A stretch of DNA of 64,000 nucleotides from contig CBDCGL010000011.1 of the NCBI GenBank assembly GCA_965216755.1, forward strand, positions 448,001-512,000, written 5' to 3'. The position numbers and the translations under genes are program-made. The notes below the pieces were generated by a model. The model saw nothing but the letters and a program-made list of their open reading frames with translations. It made no database searches and had not been told where the DNA came from. Each line of letters starts with the position of its first letter. Within the stretch, counting starts at the first letter, position 1. The DNA is from Alphaproteobacteria bacterium. GTDB taxonomy: Bacteria; Pseudomonadota; Alphaproteobacteria; UBA7887. Positions 29,764 to 39,604 of this stretch are shown here, piece after piece.

Positions 29764-32700
29764 ATGAAGAATGGTAGCAAGTGGTTTAACGTGAGCGAAG
29801 ACTCTCGTTCGTGGGAAGATTTCTACAGAAAACGATGGAACTATGACTACAGCGTACGAACGGGTCATGGCGTAAATTGTTCTATGGCCTGCAGTTGGGA
29901 AGTGTTTGTCAAAGACGGCCTTATCTGCTGGGAACTCCAGAAGACAGACTATCCACAAATTGATCCTGACATCCCGAATGTCGAGCCGAGGGGCTGCCAG
30001 CGTGGTGTCACCGCGTCGTGGTACCCGTACAGCCCCCTACGGCCCAAGTTTCCATATATTCGTAAAGTATTATGGGACTTCTATGCCGAAGAACGCAAGA
30101 AAGGAAAGGACCCTGTTGAAGCGTATGCAAGTATTGTGGAGAACGAACAACGTTCAACCGCATACAAAACTGCGAGAGGCAAGGCCGGTTGGAAACGCGT
30201 GAGTTGGGACGAGTCGGTTGAACTTGTTGCCGCGGCCCAGATCTACACGATCAAGCGCTATGGGGCCGACCATATGGCCAATTTCTCGCCAATTCCGGCC
30301 ATGAGCTTGCTGAGTTTCCTTTCCGGGCATAGGTACAACAATCTGCTTGGTGGCATCTATTGTAGCTACTATGAGTGGTATCATGATTTGCCACATGTTT
30401 CGTCGTCTATGTTTGCAGATCAGACCGAGAACTGTGAAAGCTCTGACTGGTATCTGGGGACATATTGGGTCGTGGCCGGGTCCAACATAAACATGACGCG
30501 GACCGCAGACGCTCATTTCTTATCTGAGGCCAAATATCGCGGTTCGAAAATCGTAGTAATGTCTCCAAACTATTCGGACGTGACAAAGTATGCGGACACT
30601 TGGGTGCCACTTACGCCAGGAAGTGACGGCGCCTTTCTCATGGCCTGTATACACGTCATCTTAAAAGAATTCTATGCAGAGCGCGACACGCCGTATTTCA
30701 CAAAGTACGTGAAGCAATACACAAATTTGCCGTTCCTCGTCGTATTAGAAGAGGATGGCGATAACTATCAGATGGGTCGATTCCTGCGGGCATCGGACAT
30801 TTCCGAGTATTCTGGTGAGGAGAACGCCGATTGGAAGCTCATAATGACCGATGGCGACCAGAAGCTGCACGTGCCGACCGGAAGCATCGGCTTTAGATGG
30901 GAAAAAGAACCTACCGGAAACTGGAATCTTCAGCTCAAGAATGCAGTGACGGGAGAAGACTTCGATCCACTACTGACAGTGCTCGGAAACGATGACCAAA
31001 GGGCAACAGTTTCCTTTAGCGACTTCACCGATACCTTCAATATTGAAACAGGCAAAACGAACGGCAAAGGTCAGAAAGCAACCGCTCTGTTACGCGAGGT
31101 ACCCGCGAGACGGGTCAAGATCAGTAGTGGCAAGACCGTACTCGTCACGACAGCCTATGACCTCTTGATGGCACAGGCTGGTGTATCGCGCGGGCTTGGG
31201 GGCGATTACCCCAAAGACTACGATGATCCAATGCCGTACACACCGGCATGGCAGGAATCGCAGACGGGCGTCAGTCGCGATCTCGCCATACAAATCGGGC
31301 GAGAGTTTGCCGAGAACGCCGAAAAGACCAAAGGAAAGTCGCTTTTCATAACTGGCCCTGGGATCCAGCACTTTTACCATGGCGCATCCCTGTATTACCG
31401 CAGCGAAGCGGTAATGCTGGCCCTGTGTGGCTGCAATGGTGTGAATGGGGGCAACTTTAATCATTATGTTGGCACACAACATACGCGGTTGAACGCGGCG
31501 TTCGTAAACTTGAGCGGAGCTTTGGATTGGTCGCGCCCGCCACGCCTTATGAACAGCACATCTTTGTGGTACTTCCATACGGGCCAGTGGCGATATGACA
31601 ACATGCCTTTGGATACACAATGGGCGGACGGCGCCAAAAAGCTTCCTGCTTTCAACCACGCAGCTGATGTGAACGCGCTGGCCGTCCGATTGGGGTGGCT
31701 GCCATTCTTCCCGCAAGTCGACAAGAAGAACCCAATGGCTCTTTACAGGGAGGCAATCGAAGCCGGCTGCAAGTCCGACGAGGAAGTGAAGGCGTGGGTT
31801 GTCAAGCAGTTCAAAGATGGCAAGTTGGATTTTGCAATTCGCGATGTTGATGCGCCCGAAAACCGCCTGAAAATGGTGACGGTCTATCGGGGCAATCTTA
31901 TCGGCACAAGTATGCGCGGCCATGAGTTGGCGCTCAAACATTTCCTTGGTACGCATAACAACGTTCTATGGGATGAAGAACCGGCCAAGGATCTGGTTAA
32001 AGAAATCGAATGGCATGAGGATTCCCCGGTCGGCAAGCTCGACTTGTTGGTTAACCTCAATATCCGAATGGACTCGACCGCAAACTATTCGGATGTCGTG
32101 TTGCCAGCAGCGTTCTGGTACGAGAAATACGACGTGACATTTGGTGATATGCACACTTTTGTGCATCCGTTGACGCCAGCCACCCAGCCGCCTTGGGAAG
32201 CCAAACATGACTGGGACGCGTTTCGGCTAATTGCCCGGAAGTTTACGGACTTGGCGAAGAAACACTTCCCCGAGCCGGTTAAGGACATCGTGTTCAACGC
32301 ACTGTGGATGGACAGTCCCGAACAACTCGCCCAACCGCTGGGAGAGATAAAGGATTGGCGTAACGGGGACACCGAACCGGTACCAGGCAAAACGTTTCCG
32401 AGCATTAGCATTGTCGAGAGAGACTACAGCCAAGTCTACGAGAAGATGGTTTCTCTTGGCCCACTCGTATGCCAGCCTAAGGGTTATGGTTCCAAGGGAC
32501 AATATACAGACCTGACGCCGATTGTTGAAGAAGAGCTCAAGCACAATGAGGCGCTTGAGGTGCGGGATGGGCGTGTCCGCTTCGAGCGAGCCGAGCAGGC
32601 GTGCGAACTGATTCTACAGATATCACCTGAGCTTAACGGTCGGCTATCTTGGCTTTTCTTCAAGGAGATGGAGAAAAAGGTCGGGTTGCCAATGGCCGAC

Positions 32701-33522
32701 ATGGTTGAAGTCGTCAAGAACCGAAAAGTCCATTACAAGGACGTCATTTCTCAACCGAGAAGAATTCATACGACACCACAATGGAGCGCGCTGCTGCATG
32801 ACGAAAACGGCAAGCAGCGGACATTTGCGCCATGGACAATGAACGTAGAACGACTCAAGCCGTGGCACACGCTCTCGGGACGGCAAGAGGTCTACTACGA
32901 CCATCAAGGCATTCGAGAGTTGGGCGAAGCGCTGCCGACAAACAAACCACCTCTCGACATGGTGGCCATCGGTGACATCAATATGGAACGGGCCGGCCCC
33001 AAGTCGAAAGTGTTCCGGTTCATCACGCCACATGGCAAATGGCAGATACATAGTTCGTTCAGAGACCACTGGCCGATGATGCATATGTCGCGGGGCGGAC
33101 CAACAGTCTGGATTAATCCCGATGATGCAAACGAAATTGAGGTGAAAGACAACGATTGGGTGGAGATGTATTGCGAAAATGGGATCGAGGTCGTACGCGC
33201 TGTCGTCAGCCATCAAGTCCCGCGCAACATGGCGATCACCTACCACCAAGTCGAACGAAACGTAAATGTTCCGTTTTCGCCTCTTGCAAAGCAGAACGAT
33301 TGTTCGGATTTACGCGGCGGAAACAACAATGCGACCACGCGTATCCTCATGAACCCGGCTACGATGATCGGCGGCTATGCACAGTTCTCCTATTACATCA
33401 ATTATTGGGGGACAAGCCCATCGGAACGCGATCACGGTGTGATCATTCGAAAAATGCCATTGGGCGTGGGTAACAAACCCATCTACCAGGAAAGTGAACT
33501 TCACAAGGTGCCGGCAAGGTAA
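29764..33522 (+). CDS. narG: Respiratory nitrate reductase alpha subunit (divergent NarG/NxrA-like)
   Basis: FS0 motif HGVNCSMAC...EPRGCQRG; FSPIPAMS; Mo-ligand Asp in WYHDLP; TPHGKWQIHS; no Tat leader. Confidence 0.92.
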   Translation: MKNGSKWFNVSEDSRSWEDFYRKRWNYDYSVRTGHGVNCSMACSWEVFVKDGLICWELQKTDYPQIDPDIPNVEPRGCQRGVTASWYPYSPLRPKFPYIRKVLWDFYAEERKKGKDPVEAYASIVENEQRSTAYKTARGKAGWKRVSWDESVELVAAAQIYTIKRYGADHMANFSPIPAMSLLSFLSGHRYNNLLGGIYCSYYEWYHDLPHVSSSMFADQTENCESSDWYLGTYWVVAGSNINMTRTADAHFLSEAKYRGSKIVVMSPNYSDVTKYADTWVPLTPGSDGAFLMACIHVILKEFYAERDTPYFTKYVKQYTNLPFLVVLEEDGDNYQMGRFLRASDISEYSGEENADWKLIMTDGDQKLHVPTGSIGFRWEKEPTGNWNLQLKNAVTGEDFDPLLTVLGNDDQRATVSFSDFTDTFNIETGKTNGKGQKATALLREVPARRVKISSGKTVLVTTAYDLLMAQAGVSRGLGGDYPKDYDDPMPYTPAWQESQTGVSRDLAIQIGREFAENAEKTKGKSLFITGPGIQHFYHGASLYYRSEAVMLALCGCNGVNGGNFNHYVGTQHTRLNAAFVNLSGALDWSRPPRLMNSTSLWYFHTGQWRYDNMPLDTQWADGAKKLPAFNHAADVNALAVRLGWLPFFPQVDKKNPMALYREAIEAGCKSDEEVKAWVVKQFKDGKLDFAIRDVDAPENRLKMVTVYRGNLIGTSMRGHELALKHFLGTHNNVLWDEEPAKDLVKEIEWHEDSPVGKLDLLVNLNIRMDSTANYSDVVLPAAFWYEKYDVTFGDMHTFVHPLTPATQPPWEAKHDWDAFRLIARKFTDLAKKHFPEPVKDIVFNALWMDSPEQLAQPLGEIKDWRNGDTEPVPGKTFPSISIVERDYSQVYEKMVSLGPLVCQPKGYGSKGQYTDLTPIVEEELKHNEALEVRDGRVRFERAEQACELILQISPELNGRLSWLFFKEMEKKVGLPMADMVEVVKNRKVHYKDVISQPRRIHTTPQWSALLHDENGKQRTFAPWTMNVERLKPWHTLSGRQEVYYDHQGIRELGEALPTNKPPLDMVAIGDINMERAGPKSKVFRFITPHGKWQIHSSFRDHWPMMHMSRGGPTVWINPDDANEIEVKDNDWVEMYCENGIEVVRAVVSHQVPRNMAITYHQVERNVNVPFSPLAKQNDCSDLRGGNNNATTRILMNPATMIGGYAQFSYYINYWGTSPSERDHGVIIRKMPLGVGNKPIYQESELHKVPAR

Positions 33523-33533
33523 GGACAAAGACT

Positions 33534-35102
33534 ATGCAGATTAAAGCCCAGCTAAGTATGTCCTTTAATTTGGAGAAGTGCATCGGCTGCAATACGTGCA
33601 CGGTCGCCTGTAAGAACGTTTGGACGAACCGTGAGGGCGCCGAATACATGTGGTGGAACAATGTCGAAACGAAGCCCGGTATCGGTTACCCGAAGCAATG
33701 GGAAAAGCAGGAACTCTGGAAAGGCGGTTGGATAAGAAAGGGAGATAAGCTTGTACTTCGCTACGGCAACAAGTCGTACATGCTCTCGAACCTGTTTTTC
33801 AATCCGCATATGCCGGAAATGGCTGACTATTATGGCAACGGCGACGTCTATACGTTCACATATGACGATCTCCACTCCAGCGATCAATCTCAGCAACAGC
33901 CGGTCGGACGGCCGAAGTCTATGGTCACCGATGAAGAGGATGTACCGATCGATTGGGGCGTTAATTGGGAGGACAACGCTGGTGGTGCTCACGTAACTGG
34001 AAAGCATGACGTCAACTACGGTGAAATGAGCAAGTCTGAAATGGAGGCGACTCTGAAGTTTCGAGACGTGTTCTATTTCTACCTGCCGCGCATTTGTAAT
34101 CATTGCCTTAATCCCGGTTGCGTCGGCGGTTGCCCGTCGGGCGCTGCATACAAACGGGACGAGGACGGCGTCGTCTTGATCGACCAGAACAGGTGTCGAA
34201 ATTGGCGCTACTGCATTTCGTCCTGCCCCTACAAGAAGCCGTACTACAACTGGGCAAGCGGCAAAATGGAGAAGTGCATTCTCTGCTATCCGAGAGTCGA
34301 ATCAGGCCTGCCGCCAGTCTGTTTCCATTCGTGTGTTGGCAAGATTCGGTCGTTTGGTGTCATTTTCTATGACATGGATCGTGTGCACGATGCCGCGATG
34401 GCGGATGACAAGGACTTGGTCGAAGCACAGCGGGATATCATTCTGGATCCGTTCGATCCGGCAATCATCGAAGCAGCCAAGAAATCTGGCATCAGCGATG
34501 ATTGGATCGACGCCGCGCAACGTTCACCGATATACAAGATGGTCAAGAAGTGGAAGTTGGCACTTCCCCTTCATCCCGAATTCAGAACCTTGCCAAACCT
34601 TTTTTACATACCGCCGTTGGCGCCGCTAATCACCAGCGCGGGCAACGTTTCGCCTTCGGACAAGGATATATTCGATATGGCGAAGCCATCCAACGGCCCG
34701 CTTATCGGCCTGGAGGAAATCGACAAGTTTCGTGTACCCCTTAAATATCTTGCGGGCTTATTCGGCGCGGGGAATGAGGATGTAGTCAGACTGGCTCTGC
34801 TGCGTCAGTTGGCTGTTCGACATTACCAGAGAAGCATTAGGGTCGACAACGCGCCCAACGTCGAAGTGCTCAAACAAGTCGGCCTTAGCGAAGAGGACGC
34901 TAAGGGAATCGTTCGCGGCTTATCGCTGTCATTTTATAACGAACGATTTGTCGTCCCGACTACCAAACGCGAAGCTGCGGATATCAGCCCATATACCGAG
35001 CGCGGTCTCGCCGGTTTTGAGCAGATGACACCGTGGTCACCAATGAAACGGAAGAAGAGCTATCACAAGTCATACCATACCGGGTCGAAGCGCTATGAGT
35101 GA
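33534..35102 (+). CDS. narH: Nitrate reductase beta subunit
   Basis: CIGCNTCTVACKNVWTNREGAEYMWWNNVETKPG; ICNHCLNPGC; CRNWRYC; KCILCYPR; LPLHPEFRTLP. Confidence 0.95.
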   Translation: MQIKAQLSMSFNLEKCIGCNTCTVACKNVWTNREGAEYMWWNNVETKPGIGYPKQWEKQELWKGGWIRKGDKLVLRYGNKSYMLSNLFFNPHMPEMADYYGNGDVYTFTYDDLHSSDQSQQQPVGRPKSMVTDEEDVPIDWGVNWEDNAGGAHVTGKHDVNYGEMSKSEMEATLKFRDVFYFYLPRICNHCLNPGCVGGCPSGAAYKRDEDGVVLIDQNRCRNWRYCISSCPYKKPYYNWASGKMEKCILCYPRVESGLPPVCFHSCVGKIRSFGVIFYDMDRVHDAAMADDKDLVEAQRDIILDPFDPAIIEAAKKSGISDDWIDAAQRSPIYKMVKKWKLALPLHPEFRTLPNLFYIPPLAPLITSAGNVSPSDKDIFDMAKPSNGPLIGLEEIDKFRVPLKYLAGLFGAGNEDVVRLALLRQLAVRHYQRSIRVDNAPNVEVLKQVGLSEEDAKGIVRGLSLSFYNERFVVPTTKREAADISPYTERGLAGFEQMTPWSPMKRKKSYHKSYHTGSKRYE

Positions 35103-35685
35103 TAAAGCAAGATCAAAGGTTTTGAGCGAGGTGTACGGACTCATTGCCGAGTTGTGGTGCGGTCCGCCGGACACGGGCGCGAAGCGTGATGGCATTGAGA
35201 AGGATGCTGTTGCGGCGCTAGGCCACCTCGACGAACTAGAACCAGAGGGTGCAACGCTTCTCCGACGATTTCTAGCCGAAGACGCGCTAGCGGAAGAAGA
35301 TTACATCGACCTGTTCGAGTTGGAGCCCAAGTGTGCGCTCTATCTCGGCAGCCATAGCTACGACGAACCCAAAACTTGCGCTGGCGCGGCGGTGTCCGAG
35401 CGCAACGAATACATGATCGAACTTGTTGGAATTTACCGACACTTCAAGCGGGTGCCAAATGGCACAGAATTGCCTGACTATTTGCCATTGATGGTGGACT
35501 TCTTAGCTCTAACGTCGGAATCGCAAGATGATCCCGTCAGAACAAAATTTATTCGGGAATATTTCGTTCCATACCTGTCGCCAATACGATCGCGCCTTCA
35601 AGAACTCAAGACACCGTACCTCTATCTTCTCCAGGCGCTTGAACGAATTGTCAGTGTTGACCAAAGGAACACTCAATGCCACTGA
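35095..35685 (+). CDS. narJ: Nitrate reductase assembly chaperone
   Basis: YIDLFE..CALYL and ELPDYLPLMVDFLA motifs; located between narH and narI. Confidence 0.85.
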   Translation: MSDKARSKVLSEVYGLIAELWCGPPDTGAKRDGIEKDAVAALGHLDELEPEGATLLRRFLAEDALAEEDYIDLFELEPKCALYLGSHSYDEPKTCAGAAVSERNEYMIELVGIYRHFKRVPNGTELPDYLPLMVDFLALTSESQDDPVRTKFIREYFVPYLSPIRSRLQELKTPYLYLLQALERIVSVDQRNTQCH

Positions 35686-35709
35686 GCGTTGAAGGAAAGG
35701 TGGAAGAGG

Positions 35710-36408
35710 ATGTGGGATAATTTCTTTTTCGTCGGACTCCCGTACATTGCCATCATTCTGCTGATCGGCGGCACGATACATCGCGGCTTAAGTGGGACTA
35801 TGAGTGGATATCGCGGGAAATGGGATTTAAGCGCGCGCGGCGACTTTTTGTGGACAACACGTTCCACAGGCTTTTTTGGGCGTGCTTCAATCGGACCCGC
35901 TTCCTTGTGTTTACATTGGGGAGCGATAATCCTTCTTGTTGGGCATATTGCCGGTTTTATCGGCGGTGCATACAATCTCACGTCGTGGGTTGAGTTCTTT
36001 AGGTGGGCCGGGTTGGGGGGCGGCGTTCTCTTCATCTATGGCTTGGCTTGGGCCTTTGTTCGCCGGCTCAGTATCCCGCAAGTTCGCGCAATGAGCACAC
36101 CGGATGACTACATCATTCTGATTTTCCTAATCTTGATTGGGGGACTCGGTTTGTACCAATCCGGTATTGAGTTGGTTTTCGGAGTTTCATATTCGGTGGG
36201 GCCCTGGTTCGCGAGTGTGTTCAAGCTGCAACCGGACATATCAATGATTTCAGGCGCACCGCTGGTTAACAAGCTGCACATTATCCTGGCACTGCTTTTC
36301 TTTGCCTACCTGCCGTTTACAAAACTCGTGCACATTTTTAGCTATCCGTTCGGCTACATGACGCGACCGTTCATCTCAATGAGAAAGTATGTGGCGCTGA
36401 AAAAGTAA
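35710..36408 (+). CDS. narI: Nitrate reductase gamma subunit (cytochrome b)
   Basis: WTTRS; four His ligands (LHWG, GHIAG, KLHI, PFTKLVH); five TM helices. Confidence 0.92.
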   Translation: MWDNFFFVGLPYIAIILLIGGTIHRGLSGTMSGYRGKWDLSARGDFLWTTRSTGFFGRASIGPASLCLHWGAIILLVGHIAGFIGGAYNLTSWVEFFRWAGLGGGVLFIYGLAWAFVRRLSIPQVRAMSTPDDYIILIFLILIGGLGLYQSGIELVFGVSYSVGPWFASVFKLQPDISMISGAPLVNKLHIILALLFFAYLPFTKLVHIFSYPFGYMTRPFISMRKYVALKK

Positions 36409-36741
36409 GGGCGTGTTTCGGTATCCGATCGTATCGATCCGGGGCGGTGTTCGGGGCTGCAAGGTGATGACTTGCTGGGTGAAGCCGAGAGAAGTCCCGT
36501 ACCGGAAACGTGGCCGGTTCTCGACTTTGACGAGGACTTGCGGATCTGAGCACGACGCCATGTGGGCCGTAAGGATTTCAAAGAGAGTGGCACCCGAGTG
36601 CGTCGTGGATTGTTTCCCAAAGCACAGACTGCGGTGGCTGTTGCCACAACCGCGGCGATGCGATCCGGCCGTCCGGCAATGTCGGACCCGCAAGAGCGTT
36701 AAGCCATTGTGGTCGGACAATGCATATGGGGTGTGCATATA

Positions 36742-39444
36742 GTGAGCGACGACACCATAGTATACGATCGAAGGAAACAATACACCGTTCTTACCATGAA
36801 TACGGCGGCCTTTACGGTCAATTTCATGGTTTGGACGATGTTCTCGATTATTGGCATTAAAATCAAAGGCGAGCTCGGTCTCAATGAGACGGAGTTCGGG
36901 TTGTTGGTCGCCACTCCCATTCTTACCGGATCTCTCGTCCGACTGCCGTTGGGTTTGTTGACCGATCGGTACGGCGGCCGCGTCGTATATTTCTGTCAAA
37001 TGCTTTTGGTTGCTATTTCTACCTATGGATTAGCATTTGCCGACCAATACTGGCAGTACCTTCTCATTGGCCTTTGTATAGGCCTGGCCGGCGGTTCCTT
37101 TGCCATCGGGATCGCCTATACGTCAGCATGGTTTGGCAGACGCCAGCAAGGTACGGCCATGGGGATCTTCGGGGCCGGCAACGCGGGCGCTGCCGTCACC
37201 AATATGGTTGCACCGTTGATCGTTGTTGCACTCGGCTGGCGGGCCGTGCCGCAGATTTATTCGATTACAATGCTTGTGATGGCGATCATATTTTGGATGT
37301 TTACGTATCCGGATCCGTTATTGGAGGAACGCCGCAGAACGCGTAGCATACCAAGCCTTGCCGAACAACTTGTACCGCTGGGCGATCTTCGAGTTTGGCG
37401 TTTTGGTCTGGCATATTACTTTGTCTTCGGCGGATTTGTCGCGCTCGCGCTTTGGTTGCCAAAATACTATATGCAAGAGTACGGGCTTGGCCTTACTCAA
37501 GCATCATATATTGCTTTGGCATTTACGTTGCCGTCTGGCGTGATCCGGGCGCTTGGCGGATGGTTCTCCGACAAATGGGGCGGGGATACGGTTACCTGGT
37601 GGGTATTTTGGGTTTCCATAATTTGTTTGTTTTTTCTGTCGTACCCGGCGACGACATTTACTGTACACGGGATATCGGGTGACACGACTTTCGACCTCGC
37701 CGTCAGCGTCATCTTCTTCACGTTTCTTGTATTTATTGTGGGTATCGCGCAAGGCATTGGGAAGGCCAGCGTCTACCGGAGCCTCGCCGACGTGTATCCC
37801 AGAAACATGGGTGCGGTAGGCGGTTTGGTTGGTGTCATTGGCGGACTGGGTGGCTTCTCACTTCCCATCATGTTCGGCGTAGCAGCTGATGCGACCGATG
37901 TGCGTAGCAGCACGTTTATGCTGATGTATGCCGTCCTCGCAGGAATCATGTTGTGGACTTGGTTGGCGGCTAAACAAGAACGGTTGAAGATGCTTCAGGG
38001 CGACCCGGAGTATCGCGAGAAAGTCATCCGGAACGAAATTCTTGCGGCGGCCCAGCAACCGACGAGTTGGCTGCGGGACTGGCGACCGGAGGATGACGCG
38101 TTTTGGGGTCGGAGCGGTCGCAGTATCGCTTTACGCAACCTAATCTTCTCGATGCCGCCCCTGCTATTGTCATTTGCGGTGTGGATGGTTTGGAGCGTTG
38201 TCGTCGTCGAACTACCCCGCATCGGCTTTGAGTTCTCAACGAGTGAGTTGTTCTGGTTGGCAGCCGCACCGGGCCTTTCTGGTGCCGCTTTAAGGCTTCT
38301 CTACGCTTTTGTCGTCCCGATCTTCGGAGGTAGAAACTGGACAATAGTGAGTACGGCGTCTCTTTTGATACCGACGTTGTGGATGTCGTTGGCTGTTCAG
38401 AATCCCGGCACTGACTATGCTGTTTTTGTTGTTATCGCGCTGCTGTGCGGCTTAGGCGGTGGCAATTTCTCCTCCAGTATGGCCAACATAAGTTTCTTCT
38501 TTCCCAGACGAATGCAGGGTACGGCCCTGGGCTGGAACGCAGGGATCGGTAATCTCGGCGTCGGACTCGTTCAGGCGGTCGTTCCGCTGGTTATCTATGC
38601 CGGCGCATTCACAATCTTAGGGGGTGAAGCGCAATCTCATGTGAGTGGTGACGTTGTCAGCGCGGTCTGGTTGCAAAACGCAGGATTTGCTTGGATTCCA
38701 TTTATACTTGGCGCCACTTTCGCTTCGGCACTCACTCAGAACAACATCCAGGAGGCGCGTGCAACGTTTAGTCAGCAATGTGTCATTTTTGCGCGGAAGC
38801 ACGCTTGGTTACTTGCCTGGCTGTATGTCGGCACATTCGGTTCCTTCATAGGCTTCTCAGCCGCTTTTCCGGGGCTGCTCAATACCCTGTTTCCAGAAAC
38901 GGACATCGTCCGGTGGGCATTTATCGGACCATTGCTTGGTGCCCTAATTCGGCCGCTTGGCGGCTGGCTTTCGGATCGAGTTGGTGGGGCAAGGGTCACG
39001 TTTTGGAATTTTGTGGTGATGTTGGTGGCCGCGATCGCGTTGGTTTGGACGTTGCCGTCGGGACCTGCTGGCAGTGACGCATTTGGGTTCGTCCTGGCAT
39101 CTATGTTGCTTTTTGTTACGGCGGGTATCGGAAACGGATCAGTTTTCCATCTGGTGCCGACCGTATTTAGCAAGCTCCACGTCAATCGCGCCGGTGCGGC
39201 CGCGCGCGTCGGCGAAACGGCCGCCATATCAAGCAGCGAGATTGAAACATCCGTCGCGCTGGGCTTCGCTGCGTCTATTGGGGCTCTGGGTTTGTTCTTT
39301 GTGCCAGCGTTCTTCGCAATATCTATCGAGAGCACTGGCACCGCTCGGTTGGCCCTGCTTGCCTTTGTTGCATTTTGCCTTTCATGCCTGTTCGTGACTT
39401 GGTGGTGGTATCGACGTCCAGGATCGGAAGTCGAATGTGCTTGA
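36742..39444 (+). CDS. narK: Fused NarK1-NarK2 nitrate/nitrite MFS transporter
   Basis: Two MFS modules: GLAGGSF and GIFGAGNAG in the first; WRPEDDAFW, GLGGGNFSSSMANISFFFP and GIGNGS in the second. Confidence 0.9.
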   Translation: MSDDTIVYDRRKQYTVLTMNTAAFTVNFMVWTMFSIIGIKIKGELGLNETEFGLLVATPILTGSLVRLPLGLLTDRYGGRVVYFCQMLLVAISTYGLAFADQYWQYLLIGLCIGLAGGSFAIGIAYTSAWFGRRQQGTAMGIFGAGNAGAAVTNMVAPLIVVALGWRAVPQIYSITMLVMAIIFWMFTYPDPLLEERRRTRSIPSLAEQLVPLGDLRVWRFGLAYYFVFGGFVALALWLPKYYMQEYGLGLTQASYIALAFTLPSGVIRALGGWFSDKWGGDTVTWWVFWVSIICLFFLSYPATTFTVHGISGDTTFDLAVSVIFFTFLVFIVGIAQGIGKASVYRSLADVYPRNMGAVGGLVGVIGGLGGFSLPIMFGVAADATDVRSSTFMLMYAVLAGIMLWTWLAAKQERLKMLQGDPEYREKVIRNEILAAAQQPTSWLRDWRPEDDAFWGRSGRSIALRNLIFSMPPLLLSFAVWMVWSVVVVELPRIGFEFSTSELFWLAAAPGLSGAALRLLYAFVVPIFGGRNWTIVSTASLLIPTLWMSLAVQNPGTDYAVFVVIALLCGLGGGNFSSSMANISFFFPRRMQGTALGWNAGIGNLGVGLVQAVVPLVIYAGAFTILGGEAQSHVSGDVVSAVWLQNAGFAWIPFILGATFASALTQNNIQEARATFSQQCVIFARKHAWLLAWLYVGTFGSFIGFSAAFPGLLNTLFPETDIVRWAFIGPLLGALIRPLGGWLSDRVGGARVTFWNFVVMLVAAIALVWTLPSGPAGSDAFGFVLASMLLFVTAGIGNGSVFHLVPTVFSKLHVNRAGAAARVGETAAISSSEIETSVALGFAASIGALGLFFVPAFFAISIESTGTARLALLAFVAFCLSCLFVTWWWYRRPGSEVECA

Positions 39445-39604
39445 TATGTGCTATCGAAGGTCTTGGTCCCCACGGCGCTACACATACCGGAAATACGCTG
39501 GGTGTCACCGAGCCTTTTGCGCGCGCAACCGACTCGTATTCGCGGTCGAAAGAGCGTGAGGTCGGTGTGATGAGCGACACAATGCGAAGCAACGGAAAAA
39601 CGAG

